Positions 50,342-60,486 of a stretch of 64,000 nt of DNA are shown here, one piece after another; the stretch's first letter is position 1; each line of letters opens with the position of its first letter. The notes under the pieces are model-generated. The model had not been told where the DNA came from, made no database searches, and saw only the letters and a program-made list of their open reading frames with translations. The position numbers and the translations under genes are program-made. The stretch is from Alphaproteobacteria bacterium (GTDB taxonomy: Bacteria > Pseudomonadota > Alphaproteobacteria > GCA-2746255): NCBI GenBank assembly GCA_965249135.1, contig OZ252220.1, forward strand, positions 416,001-480,000, written 5' to 3'.

Positions 50342-51379
50342 TTACGTGATGTTGCCGTCGAAGCCTTTCTGTTTCGCATCGACGACGTAGGGCATGCCGA
50401 GGCAATCCTGGGATTCGCCCCAGCCGTTCGTCAGCCCCTCGATGTCGTCCCATTTCAGATGGCCGCAATAGCAATAGAGGTTCGGCCACAGGATCCACGG
50501 ATAGGTGGCGACGGAGGTGCCACGCATCCTGTAGACCTTGTCGCGGACGTCCTTCACCGTTATCTCGATCTCGGTCGGCATGAAGCGCCTTCGTTTTGTG
50601 CGGCCTTCCCCTTCGACGAGACCGAACAGCTTGCCGTCATCCACGACGTAGCCGTGGAGGATAGGCCCGATCTTGTCCGTGTTCACCGGATCCTGACGGG
50701 CGCTCACGTGAATGACCAGGTCGCCGCCGGTGGCCTTGTTCCTGTCCTTGCCCCAATGGCCGTGGAACCAGGTGAGGTTCGGCAGATCGCCGATCTTCGG
50801 GTAGGTCCGCCCGTCCTCGGGCCGCATGCCCCAGCTGTGGTCCATGGTCGAGAAGCAATCGATCTTGTACTTCTTGCCGTGAAGTGTGCATTCGCCGGTG
50901 ACGTGCTGGGACTGCTCGAAATGGTGCGCCCAGGCGGAATCCTGCCAGGCCTGCGACTGATCGGAGTTGCAGAGCGGATCCATGTCCGGGTCGTGGGTGG
51001 CGTAGGGCTCGGATAAGCCCTTGAAGTGGAGGTCGAAGCTGAAGGCGCCGTCATAGCCTTCGTAGCTGACGTCGTACTCCATCGGCGCATTCACGGTCTT
51101 CACGGAAAGGCCGTTGGCGAGCGTGTATTCCTCGAGCCTCTCCGGCAGCGGCAGGTGGATCTGCGCGTCGTAGTAGAGCGCCTGCGTCGGGCTCTCGACG
51201 TGGTCCTGGTAGACGAAGATGTCCGATTTGCACACGCCCAGGTTTTTCCGGGTGATCACGTAGATGAGGACCCAGGCCTTCTCCTCCGGGATATGGAACC
51301 CCCAGTAGTTGGTCTCCGCCCAGCGCGGATCGTCGTTCGGTGGCGCATGGAATTTCATGTCTTCTGCGAGAATTGGCAT
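50342..51379 (-). CDS. Uncharacterised enzyme-like protein, paralogue 3 (possibly DUF7064/DUF7065, AttH/lipocalin-like fold)
   Basis: WAETNY, TMDHSWGMRPE, GPILHGY, GWGESQDCL shared with two neighbours. Confidence 0.7.
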   Translation of the reverse strand: MPILAEDMKFHAPPNDDPRWAETNYWGFHIPEEKAWVLIYVITRKNLGVCKSDIFVYQDHVESPTQALYYDAQIHLPLPERLEEYTLANGLSVKTVNAPMEYDVSYEGYDGAFSFDLHFKGLSEPYATHDPDMDPLCNSDQSQAWQDSAWAHHFEQSQHVTGECTLHGKKYKIDCFSTMDHSWGMRPEDGRTYPKIGDLPNLTWFHGHWGKDRNKATGGDLVIHVSARQDPVNTDKIGPILHGYVVDDGKLFGLVEGEGRTKRRRFMPTEIEITVKDVRDKVYRMRGTSVATYPWILWPNLYCYCGHLKWDDIEGLTNGWGESQDCLGMPYVVDAKQKGFDGNIT

Positions 51380-51445
51380 CTTTAAGTTTCCCCCCCTCCG
51401 TCTGGGCTCAAATTTCGTGGCCCATCCGGTTTTTATGATGTTCGT

Positions 51446-52423
51446 TCAGGCGGCCGAGCGGTTTCCCTTCACCACGTAGTTCATGGCGAGGCAGTCCTGG
51501 GTTTCACCCCAGCCGATCCTGCCTTCGTAATCCCATTTCAGGAAACCGCAATAATTCATCATGTTCGGCCACGGGCACCACGGATAGGTGGCGACGGATT
51601 GGCCGGTGAAGTGGTGCTTCTTGCCGCGCACGTCCTCGAAGTTCATCTCGATTTCCATCGGGAAGAGGCCGTCGCGCTTCGTCGTCCCTTCGCCGCTGAC
51701 GAGGCCGTAAAGCTTTCCGTTCTCCACGCAGTAGCCGTGGAAAAGCGGGCCGACGCGCTCGGAGTTCAACGGATCGAGGTAGCTGATCCATTTAAAGGCG
51801 AGGTCCGGCCCCCAATGGGCCTGGGACCAGGCCATGTTAGGCACGCCGAGCTCGGGACGCACGCCCCAGCTATGGTCCATCGTGGTCACGCAATCGATCT
51901 TGTGCTTCTTGCCGAGCAACTGCGCCTCGCCGGTGATGTGGACCGCCTGATCGAAATGGTTCTTGTAGGCATTGACCGCCCAGGATTTCGGGTCTTCGTC
52001 TTTGATGCGCTTGGTGATGGGGTCCATCTCCGGGTCCGCGATGTCGTAGGGTTCGGATAAGCCCTTCAGATCCAAGTGAAATTCCGTATCCCCGTCGTAA
52101 CCGACATGGTTGATCCGGTATTCCATCGGCGCATTCACCGCCTTCACGGAAAGCCCCATGGGCAGCGTGTAGTCCTCGAGTTTCTTCGGGATCGGAATGT
52201 GGGTCCGGTAATCGAAGAAGAAGGCGTCCATGGGGGCCGGGTTGAAGCCCTGATAGGCGATCACATGGGCCATCATGACGCCGAGATTGGGACGCGAGAG
52301 CGTGTAGACGAGGACGTAGATCGCTTCCTGTTCGACCTGAAACGCAAAATAGTTGGTCTCCGCCCATTCGGGGTCCGAATTGGCGGGTTTATGGAACTTC
52401 GTGTCCTCGGCGGTGATCGCCAT
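51446..52423 (-). CDS. Uncharacterised enzyme-like protein, paralogue 2
   Basis: WAETNY, TMDHSWGVRPE, GPLFHGY, GWGETQDCL. Confidence 0.7.
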   Translation of the reverse strand: MAITAEDTKFHKPANSDPEWAETNYFAFQVEQEAIYVLVYTLSRPNLGVMMAHVIAYQGFNPAPMDAFFFDYRTHIPIPKKLEDYTLPMGLSVKAVNAPMEYRINHVGYDGDTEFHLDLKGLSEPYDIADPEMDPITKRIKDEDPKSWAVNAYKNHFDQAVHITGEAQLLGKKHKIDCVTTMDHSWGVRPELGVPNMAWSQAHWGPDLAFKWISYLDPLNSERVGPLFHGYCVENGKLYGLVSGEGTTKRDGLFPMEIEMNFEDVRGKKHHFTGQSVATYPWCPWPNMMNYCGFLKWDYEGRIGWGETQDCLAMNYVVKGNRSAA

Positions 52424-52450
52424 GACGGTGTTTCCTCCCCTGTCGCATTT

Positions 52451-53440
52451 TTAGGCTGCTTTCTTGCCTTTCAGCTGCTTGTTGGCCTGGCAGACGTATT
52501 TCATGCTGAGGCAGTCCTGGGTTTCGCCCCAGCCGGTCTGGCCGTTCTTTTCGTCCCATTTCAGAAGCGAGGTATGGACGGCAAGGCCCGGCCAAGCAAA
52601 CCACGGGTAGCTCGACACCGATTTGCCGTGCATCGCGTAAGTCTTGCCCCGTTCGTCCGTCACTTCAAGATCGACCTCCATCGCCATGAAGCCGTCACGC
52701 TTGGAAACCCCTTTGCCTTCGACGAGGCCACGCAGCTCGCCGTTCTCGACGATATAGCCATGAAGAAGCGGGCCAATTGCGTCCGTGTTCACGGGATCGA
52801 AGCTGAGGATCGCATGAATGGCAAGGTCCTCTCCCCAATGGCCGTGGATCCAGACCATGGGCCGGCTGTCCATCTCGGGCCGCAGGCCCCAACTGTGGTC
52901 CATCGTGGTTATGCAATCGATCTTGTAAGGCGTGCCAAGGATCCTGCACTCGCCGGTCGCATGCAGCGACTGGTCGAAATGCCCCTTGTAGGACGTCTTC
53001 ATCCAGCTGTTTTCGTGTTCCGCCTGTTTCTTGGTCAGCGGGTCCAATTCCGGATCGCCGGTATCGTAAGCGGGCGCCAGGGCCTTGTAGTGGAGGTGGA
53101 ATTCCGTGTCGCCGTAGCCTTCGTAGTGGACCTCGTACTCCATCGGCGAATTCACGGATTTCACGGAAAGGCCGCTCAGGAGCGTGTAGTCCTCGAGCCT
53201 GTCCGGGCAGGGCAAGTGGGCATGCTTGTCGTAATAAAGCGCGTCCATCGATGCCTTGGTGTGGCCCTGGAAGATGAAGATATCCGAATGACAGACGCCG
53301 ACATTCTTGCGCGTCAACACGTAGAAGGCCCCCTGGATGCCCTCTTCTGGGATGGTGAACGGGAAGTAGTTGGTTTCCGCCCAGAGCGGGTCGTCGTCGG
53401 GCGGTGTGTGGAATTGCATGTCCTTGGCGGTGATCGCCAT
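52451..53440 (-). CDS. Uncharacterised enzyme-like protein, paralogue 1
   Basis: WAETNY, TMDHSWGLRPE, GPLLHGY, GWGETQDCL; GGAGG RBS. Confidence 0.7.
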   Translation of the reverse strand: MAITAKDMQFHTPPDDDPLWAETNYFPFTIPEEGIQGAFYVLTRKNVGVCHSDIFIFQGHTKASMDALYYDKHAHLPCPDRLEDYTLLSGLSVKSVNSPMEYEVHYEGYGDTEFHLHYKALAPAYDTGDPELDPLTKKQAEHENSWMKTSYKGHFDQSLHATGECRILGTPYKIDCITTMDHSWGLRPEMDSRPMVWIHGHWGEDLAIHAILSFDPVNTDAIGPLLHGYIVENGELRGLVEGKGVSKRDGFMAMEVDLEVTDERGKTYAMHGKSVSSYPWFAWPGLAVHTSLLKWDEKNGQTGWGETQDCLSMKYVCQANKQLKGKKAA

Positions 53441-53690
53441 GTTCCGCTTCCTCCGTGATATGACGCGATTTGATTCGTTGGCTCATACCTAGCACATTCC
53501 AGGGGGCGCATCTGCTTTTGATTGGCCCGGCTTCCGCCCTCGAACCGGGGCGGGGAGTTGCTTAAAATTCTTTTTATATTAAATAGTTAAATAGTATTTT
53601 CTCAGACCATAAATTAGTGCGTTTCCCCGGTCCTCCGTGACGGCCGGTGGGGGTAGGAAAATTTAAGCATTCTTTGGCCACCATCCTTGC

Positions 53691-55741
53691 GTGCTTAAGC
53701 CGAACGCAAGGAAGCCGTTGTCGATCCCAGCCGCCAGGAACCGAAAGGAACGCCGGGCCACCGCCAAGAAGCGGAAGGGCGCCGTCGGTGCGGCGCTGAG
53801 TGAGGCCCGCCGGCTCCATGTGTCCGGCGGTTCGGCGGCGGCCGAGGCGCTTTACCGGCAGATCGTTGACGCGGACCCGAAATGCGCGGAAGCCCACCAT
53901 GGCTTGGGCCTGCTCGCCCTTGAGAGTGGGCAGGCGGCAGCCGCGGCGGACCTCCTTGGCGAGGTTTGCGCCTTGCGGCCGCAGCCTGAATGGGAGAACG
54001 CGCTTGGCATCGCGCTTGGGACCATGGGACGCTTTGAGCAGGCAAAGGCCGCCTTTCAGCGCGCCATTGCGTTTGAGCCCGGCTTCGTGAAGGCGCTGAA
54101 CAACCTCGGCAATCTTTGTCTTTTCGAGGAAAACTTCAATGAGGCGAAGGCGCTCTTCGAGACCGCCATCCATCAAGAACCGGACTATGCGGAGGCGCTC
54201 AACAATCTCGGCGTCGCCGAGCTTGGGCTTGGCCAGACCAAAGCCGCCGAAGCTGCCTTTCGCCAGGCGATCGAGCGCAAGGCCGGTTACGCGGACGCCC
54301 TTAACAACCTCGGCAATTTGCTTCGCGAGCGCACCGCCCTTACCGAAGCCGAAAGCGCTTACCGCTCTGCCATCGAAGCCGACCCGAAGCACGCGGATGC
54401 GTATGGCAATCTGGGCACCGTGTTGAAGGACATGGCCCGCCTCAAGGAGGCGGCGGCGGCATTAGAACGCGCCCTTGAACTGGGCGGGGCGCCGGAGATG
54501 CATTCGAACGCGCTTTTCTGCCGGAATTTCTGGGATGACCAGCGCAGGACGATCTTTGAGGCCCACCTTGCCTGGGCGGCCCGCCATGAAGGGAAGGCGG
54601 CGCACGCGGCGCATACGAACCCGCCGGATGCGGAGCGTCGCCTTCGGGTGGGCTATGTGTCGCCGGATTTTCGCGCCCATTCCGTCGCCTTCTTCGTGGA
54701 GCCCCTGTTCGAAGCCCATGACCGCCGGCTGGTCGAGGTGTTCGCCTATGGGCGCGTCGCCCACGAAGATGCGGTGACGGCGCGGCTCAAAGGCTTAAGC
54801 GATCACTGGTGCACGACCGTAGGCTTCAGCGCCGAGCAGCTGGCCGAGCGGATTCGCGCCGATGGCATCGATATCCTAGTCGATCTGGCCGGCCACATGG
54901 CGAAGAACGACCTTCTTGCCTTCGCACGAAAGCCGGCACCCGTGCAGGTGACCTGGCTCGGCTATCCGAACACGATCGGCCTGGCGGCGATGGATTACCG
55001 GCTCACGGACGGGCTCGCCGACCCGAAGGGGGCGGAGGCCTTTCACCGGGAAAGGCTGCTGCGTCTCGAGGGCGGCTTCCTCTGCTACCGGCCGCCGGTC
55101 GCCCGCCCACCGGTCGCGCCCCTCCCGATGGCAAAGGCGGGCGCCGTTACCTTCGGCTCCTTCAACCAGCTCGCCAAGATGGGGGATGCAGTCCTTGCCA
55201 CCTGGGCCGAGATCCTGAACCGTCTGCCCGATGCCCGGCTCGCCTTGAAGGCACATGCGCTTACGGACGCAAGGCTGCGCGCCTGCACCCTTGACCGCTT
55301 CGCCGATCATGGGATTGCGGCGGAGCGGGTCGAACTCACAGGCTTCCTCGAGGAGACGGCTTCCCATCTTGGCCGCTATGGCGCCATCGACATCGCGCTC
55401 GATCCCTTTCCCTACAACGGCACGACGACGACCTTCGAGGCGCTCACCATGGGGGTCCCGGTGCTGACGCTGGCCGGGCAGGGGCATGCCGGGCGGGTAG
55501 GGGGAGCGTCCTGCACCGTCTGAGCCTCGGGGATTGGATCGCTAAGGACAAGGAGGCCTACGTTGTGGCCGCCCTCAAATGGGCCGGCGACATGGCGGGG
55601 CTTCGGCGTTTGCGAGAAGACTTGCGCCCCTGCATTGAGGCCTCGACGCTCACCGATGCGGCGCGTTTCACCCGCGAAGTCGAGGCCACCTACCGAACGG
55701 TTTGGAAAAAATGGTGCCGGGCGGCAGGGAAGACCGGGTAG
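53691..55741 (+). pseudogene. TPR-containing O-GlcNAc transferase/SPINDLY-like (GT41) protein, frameshift at ~55500
   Basis: TPRs, RLRVGYVSPDF..HSV, DILVDLAGH, PAPVQVTWLGYP, FGSFN, DPFPYNGTTTTFEAL; C-terminus continues in another frame to TAG at 55739-55741. Confidence 0.85.
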
Positions 55742-55747
55742 GGAAGC

Positions 55748-56577
55748 TCATTCGCCGGAAGGCGCGGTCTTCTTTAGGGCCTCGTTCCATTGGCGGGCAT
55801 TTTTTTTCGCCTTCACGATGTCGGCAAGCAACATTTGCTTTCGATCTTGAGACGGGCCCCATTGGCGTCCCGGTGGCCGCTCTTCGCCGCAAGATCCAGC
55901 CACATATAGGCGCGAACAAAATTCTCTTTTTCGTCGCCACCGCTCGAGTAAATTTTTCCGAGACGATACCGCGCCTCACCCGCGGGCTTGGATCTGCCGG
56001 TTCGTTTCGAGGCACGCTCGTACCAATGGATCGCCCTGTCGAGGTTTCGTTTGACCCCGATCCCGCCTTCGTAGGCCCTGCCCATGCGGAGCCCGGAAAG
56101 GGTGTCGCCCTTGTTTGCGGCTTCCCAATAGAGGCTTAAGGCCTTCTCCGGGTCTGGCTTCACCCCTTCCCCGGTGAAATAAAGATCGGCAAGCCGCTGT
56201 TTTGCCTTCACGTGCCCCTGGCCGGCGGCCTCTTCGTACCAGGCGATCACCTCGGCAAGCGAACTTTCACCACCGGCTGCCGGCGGCATTAATTTTTGCT
56301 GCTCGACTTTCCGGCGCAATCCCTCCGCCAGGAGGAACTGGGCTTGCGCATCTCCCTTCTCGGCGGCGGCACGAAGCTGCGTGCCCTTTTGCACGGATGC
56401 GCCCGGAAGGCCGTGAATCTTCGACGCCTTGAAGAAATGCTCGACCTTCTCTTTCTTCTTCGTCTCGGCGATGGGCAGCGGCGAGGGCCGTGGCATCTTT
56501 TGCGGCAGTAATGAGGAGCCTGCGAACGCCGGTCCCGTCAAAAAAAGACCAATGGCGAGTGCGGCGAGGAAGCGCAT
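55748..56577 (-). pseudogene. Secreted Sel1-repeat protein, frameshift at ~55835
   Basis: Signal peptide and Sel1 repeats; adding one A gives C-terminus SKMLLADIVKAKKNARQWNEALKKTAPSGE*. Confidence 0.75.
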
Positions 56578-56707
56578 CTCTCTTTTTCTCCAACCCATTG
56601 CATGTTCTCGATCTTCAAGGGGTCACCGCCAACCTTGGCCTAAGGATTGCGGACCCCCCATTCCTATGGCACAAACGCCCGGCCGAAATGCTGGGCACGC
56701 ATGTGAC

Positions 56708-57697
56708 ATGACGAAGTTCTTCGAAATTCGTTTAGGAATCGTTGCTGCGGTCTTCCTAGGTCTCGCGGCCGGTTTTGCGCCGAAAACTGCCCTTGCGGAG
56801 GACTTTGACCTCTGGCTTTCGGCGCTTCGCGCCGAAGCGGAGGAAAAGGGGGTGCGTCTCGAGATCCTGGAGGCGACGCTTGGCGACGTGGAGCCCCTTG
56901 AGCGCGTCATCGAACTGGATCGGAGCCAGCCCGAGTTCACGCTTACCTTCGACGAATACCTGGCCCGCGTCGTGCCTCCCGCACGGGTCGAGAAGGGCCG
57001 AAAGAAATTCCGGGAAAATCGAAAGCTGCTGGAAGCCGTCACCGCGCGTTATGGCGTGCAACCGCGTTTTCTGGTCGCACTTTGGGGGATCGAGACGGAT
57101 TTTGGCAGGCTCACCGGCGGTTTTTCAGTGATCCAGGCGCTGGTTACCCTCGCCCATGACGGCCGACGCAGCGCCTTTTTCCGGAAAGAGCTTCTCGCCG
57201 CGTTGCAGATTTTGAACGAGGGACACATCGCGCCGGACGCGATGATGGGCTCCTGGGCAGGGGCCATGGGCCAAAGCCAGTTCATGCCGACCACCTTCGT
57301 GGGCTTTGCGGTGGACCATGACGGGGACGGGAAACGGAACATTTGGACGTCCCGCGGGGATGTTTTCGCCTCGGCCGCGAATTACCTCGCCAAATCCGGT
57401 TGGCGTGGGGACGAGACTTGGGGACGCGCCGTTCGTTTGCCTGAGGGTTTCGCGGCGTCGCTCGTCGGTTTGGAAGTCGAAAAGCCGATTGGCGAATGGC
57501 AGATGCTCGGCGTGCGCCGTGCCAATGGCAAGGACCTGCCCAGGGCGGACATTCGAGGCTCGATCGTGCGGGCGCAAGATGGCTCAGGCCCTGCCTTTCT
57601 CGTTTACGGGAATTACCGAACCCTTCTTACCTGGAACCGTTCGACTTTCTTCGCGGTGGCCGTCGGTACGCTTGCTGACCGAATCGGCGGCCGATAG
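56708..57697 (+). CDS. mltB: Lytic murein transglycosylase (MltB-like)
   Basis: DRSQPEF, WGIETDFG, GSWAGAMGQSQFMP, SAANYL. Confidence 0.92.
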   Translation: MTKFFEIRLGIVAAVFLGLAAGFAPKTALAEDFDLWLSALRAEAEEKGVRLEILEATLGDVEPLERVIELDRSQPEFTLTFDEYLARVVPPARVEKGRKKFRENRKLLEAVTARYGVQPRFLVALWGIETDFGRLTGGFSVIQALVTLAHDGRRSAFFRKELLAALQILNEGHIAPDAMMGSWAGAMGQSQFMPTTFVGFAVDHDGDGKRNIWTSRGDVFASAANYLAKSGWRGDETWGRAVRLPEGFAASLVGLEVEKPIGEWQMLGVRRANGKDLPRADIRGSIVRAQDGSGPAFLVYGNYRTLLTWNRSTFFAVAVGTLADRIGGR

Positions 57698-57712
57698 AAT
57701 ACTAGATAGCCT

Positions 57713-58591
57713 GTGGGAAACGAGATGAAGCACCAGATGCAGAAGCTTCGGCTTCCTTGCCGCCTTATGCTGGCCGGCCTGCTTATCTTGGCGCTCGCCG
57801 CCTGCGCCGAGACGGAGCTTGTCCTTCATGCCGTCAAGCATCTCGGCAATGAGACGCCAACACCTGCCTACAAGGTCGGCGATCCCTACCAGATTGATGA
57901 CGTTTGGTACCGCCCGGCCGTCGACTACACTTACGTCGAAACCGGGATCGCCTCATGGTATGGGGCCGATTTCCACAACCGGGCGACAGCGAATGGCGAA
58001 ACCTACAACATGAATCTCGTTATGGCGGCGCACCGCACCTTGCCACTGCCCAGCATGGTTCAGGTAACGAATCTCGAGAACGGACGTTCCTTGAAGGTGC
58101 GGGTAAACGATCGCGGCCCGTTTGCGCGCGGGCGAATCATCGACATGTCGAAACGCGGGGCCGAACTTCTGGGCTTTAAGCAACAGGGAACGGCCAAGGT
58201 GCGTGTCGAAATCCTGGCGGAAGAAAGCCGTCAACTGGCCGGCGTGCCGCCGTCTGCGTCGAAGCCGGTCGTCCTTGCTTCCACGGCAGCGGCGACCCAT
58301 CCACTGCCGACAGCAACCGTACCCGCGGCCGAACCCGTCGTTACGACCGAACTCGTGGAACCAACACAGATGTTCATTCAAGCCGGCGCCTTTGCGCGCT
58401 ATGAAAACGCAACCAGCGTAAGTTCCCGCCTGGAGGCGATCGGCGAGGCGAAGGTCGTGCCGGTCAGCGTCGGAGAGTTGGAGCTCTATCGCGTTCGCTT
58501 AGGCCCGCTTGCAAACGTTGAGGAAGCCGATGCCAAGCTCGACGAAGTGGTAAAAGCGGGCTATCCGGAGGCGCGGCTCATTGTGGACTAG
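57713..58591 (+). CDS. rlpA: Septal ring lytic transglycosylase RlpA
   Basis: Lipobox LAAC, GIASWYG, AAHRTLPLP, VNDRGPF, C-terminal SPOR; start uncertain. Confidence 0.93.
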   Translation: MGNEMKHQMQKLRLPCRLMLAGLLILALAACAETELVLHAVKHLGNETPTPAYKVGDPYQIDDVWYRPAVDYTYVETGIASWYGADFHNRATANGETYNMNLVMAAHRTLPLPSMVQVTNLENGRSLKVRVNDRGPFARGRIIDMSKRGAELLGFKQQGTAKVRVEILAEESRQLAGVPPSASKPVVLASTAAATHPLPTATVPAAEPVVTTELVEPTQMFIQAGAFARYENATSVSSRLEAIGEAKVVPVSVGELELYRVRLGPLANVEEADAKLDEVVKAGYPEARLIVD

Positions 58592-58633
58592 AAAACCTTT
58601 GCCACTTCTCGTTCAAAGCAAAACGATGGGCCC

Positions 58634-59812
58634 ATGAACGCATTGATCGCGTGTTTCCAGCGCCTTGCGGCTTGCCTGCTCCTCCTCGGCGGCCTTGCCG
58701 TCTGCTTGTTCTTTTTCGGCGGCCTTGCCGTTGCGGAAGCGAATGCCGTTGAGACGAAGGCCAGCGCTGCCGTCTTGCTCGACGCCAGGACCGGAACGGT
58801 TCTTTTCGAGAAGAACGCGGACGAGCCGCTGCCGCCATCGTCCATGAGCAAGCTGATGACGGTCTATCTCGTTTTCCAGCGATTGAAGGATGGCCGTCTC
58901 TCCCTTGACGACGAATTCCTTGTCAGCAAATACGCCTGGAGGAAGGGCGGCTCCAAGATGTTCGTCGAAGTGGGCAAGGAAATTCCGATCGAGGATTTGC
59001 TCCGCGGCATCATCGTTCAATCGGGGAACGACGCCTCGATCGTTGTTGCGGAAGGATTGGCCGGCAGCGAAGAGGCTTTCGCCGATGAGATGAATGAAGA
59101 AGGAGAAAAGATGGGCCTTAAGAACAGCCTCTTCAAAAACGCGACCGGTTGGCCGGCCGAGGGGCAGAACGTATCCACCCGTGACCTTGTGATCATGGCC
59201 TTGCGAACGATTCAGGACTTTCCGGAGTACTATCACTATTACGCCGAAAAGGAATTTACCTATAGCGGGATCCGTCAAACGAACCGCAACCCACTGCTTT
59301 ATGCCATGAAGGGAGCGGACGGGCTGAAGACCGGTCATACGGAGGCGATTGGTTACGGTTTGGCAGCGTCCGTGGAACGCGACGGCCGGCGCCTCGTGCT
59401 GGTGGTGAACGGTTTGCCGAGCCAACGGGCCCGCACACAGGAATCCTGGCGGCTTCTTGAATGGGGATTCCGTGAGTTCGGCAACTATGAACTTTTCAAG
59501 GCGGACGAGGAAGTGGACAAGGTGCGCGTGTGGCTGGGCACGGAAAACACCGTGCCGCTGATCATTGAAGAAGACCTCGTTTTGACGCTGCCGCGAAAGA
59601 ACCGGAAAGAAATGCAGGTTTCGCTCATCTATAGCGAGCCTGTCCCGGCGCCGATCGTGGAAGGGACGGAAATTGCCAAGATCATCGTCAAAATTTCCGA
59701 CGCCAACGCCGCCGTGGTGCCGTTGGTGGCCGGGAAAAGTGTCGAGCAGCTTGGTTTCTTTGGCCGGATGGGGGCGGCGATGAGTTACCTTCTATGGGGT
59801 GTGTCCCATTGA
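58634..59812 (+). CDS. dacA: D-alanyl-D-alanine carboxypeptidase
   Basis: SMSK, SGN and KTG motifs. Confidence 0.92.
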   Translation: MNALIACFQRLAACLLLLGGLAVCLFFFGGLAVAEANAVETKASAAVLLDARTGTVLFEKNADEPLPPSSMSKLMTVYLVFQRLKDGRLSLDDEFLVSKYAWRKGGSKMFVEVGKEIPIEDLLRGIIVQSGNDASIVVAEGLAGSEEAFADEMNEEGEKMGLKNSLFKNATGWPAEGQNVSTRDLVIMALRTIQDFPEYYHYYAEKEFTYSGIRQTNRNPLLYAMKGADGLKTGHTEAIGYGLAASVERDGRRLVLVVNGLPSQRARTQESWRLLEWGFREFGNYELFKADEEVDKVRVWLGTENTVPLIIEEDLVLTLPRKNRKEMQVSLIYSEPVPAPIVEGTEIAKIIVKISDANAAVVPLVAGKSVEQLGFFGRMGAAMSYLLWGVSH

Positions 59813-59850
59813 CGCGGCGTAGGCCGCGAAGCGTTCCGGAGTAAGGGAGG

Positions 59851-60486
59851 GTGGCCTCCACAAAATTCATCACCTTCGAGGGCGGGGAAGGGGTCGGCAA
59901 GACGACCCAGGTGAAACTTCTCGCCGCCGCGCTCGAAAAATCGGGCCTTCCGGTCATAACGACGCGTGAGCCCGGTGGCTCGCCTGCCGCAGAACAAATT
60001 CGCAAACTTCTTTTCGCCGATGACGCCGAATGGGATCCGGTTTCGGAAAGCCTGCTCTTGAGTGCGGCACGGCGTGACCACCTTACGGTGACGATCTGGC
60101 CGGCCATCGAGGCCGGCAACTGGGTGCTTAGCGACCGCTTTGCCGATTCGACCCTTGCCTATCAGGGCTATGGAAAGGGAATCGAGACCGCCTGGCTCGA
60201 ATCGCTTTATGAGACGGTGGCCGGTGATTTCGCTCCCGACCTCACGCTGCTGCTCGATCTTCCGGTCGAAGAAGGGTTGAAGCGGACGGCCAGTCGCAAG
60301 GAAGGGAACAATCGCTATGAGAAAATGGATGCCGCCTTCCACGAACGGCTTCGGACCGGCTATCTTGCAATTGCGAAGGTAAATCCTGAACGCATCGCCG
60401 TCATCGAGGCCATGGGTGAAGTCGCGGCGACCCAGGCGAAAATTCAGCAAACCGTCGCCGCAAGGCTAGGAGTTCATTTCCCATGA
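59851..60486 (+). CDS. tmk: Thymidylate kinase
   Basis: FITFEGGEGVGKTTQ, TREPGG, DRF..ST.AYQG. Confidence 0.96.
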   Translation: MASTKFITFEGGEGVGKTTQVKLLAAALEKSGLPVITTREPGGSPAAEQIRKLLFADDAEWDPVSESLLLSAARRDHLTVTIWPAIEAGNWVLSDRFADSTLAYQGYGKGIETAWLESLYETVAGDFAPDLTLLLDLPVEEGLKRTASRKEGNNRYEKMDAAFHERLRTGYLAIAKVNPERIAVIEAMGEVAATQAKIQQTVAARLGVHFP

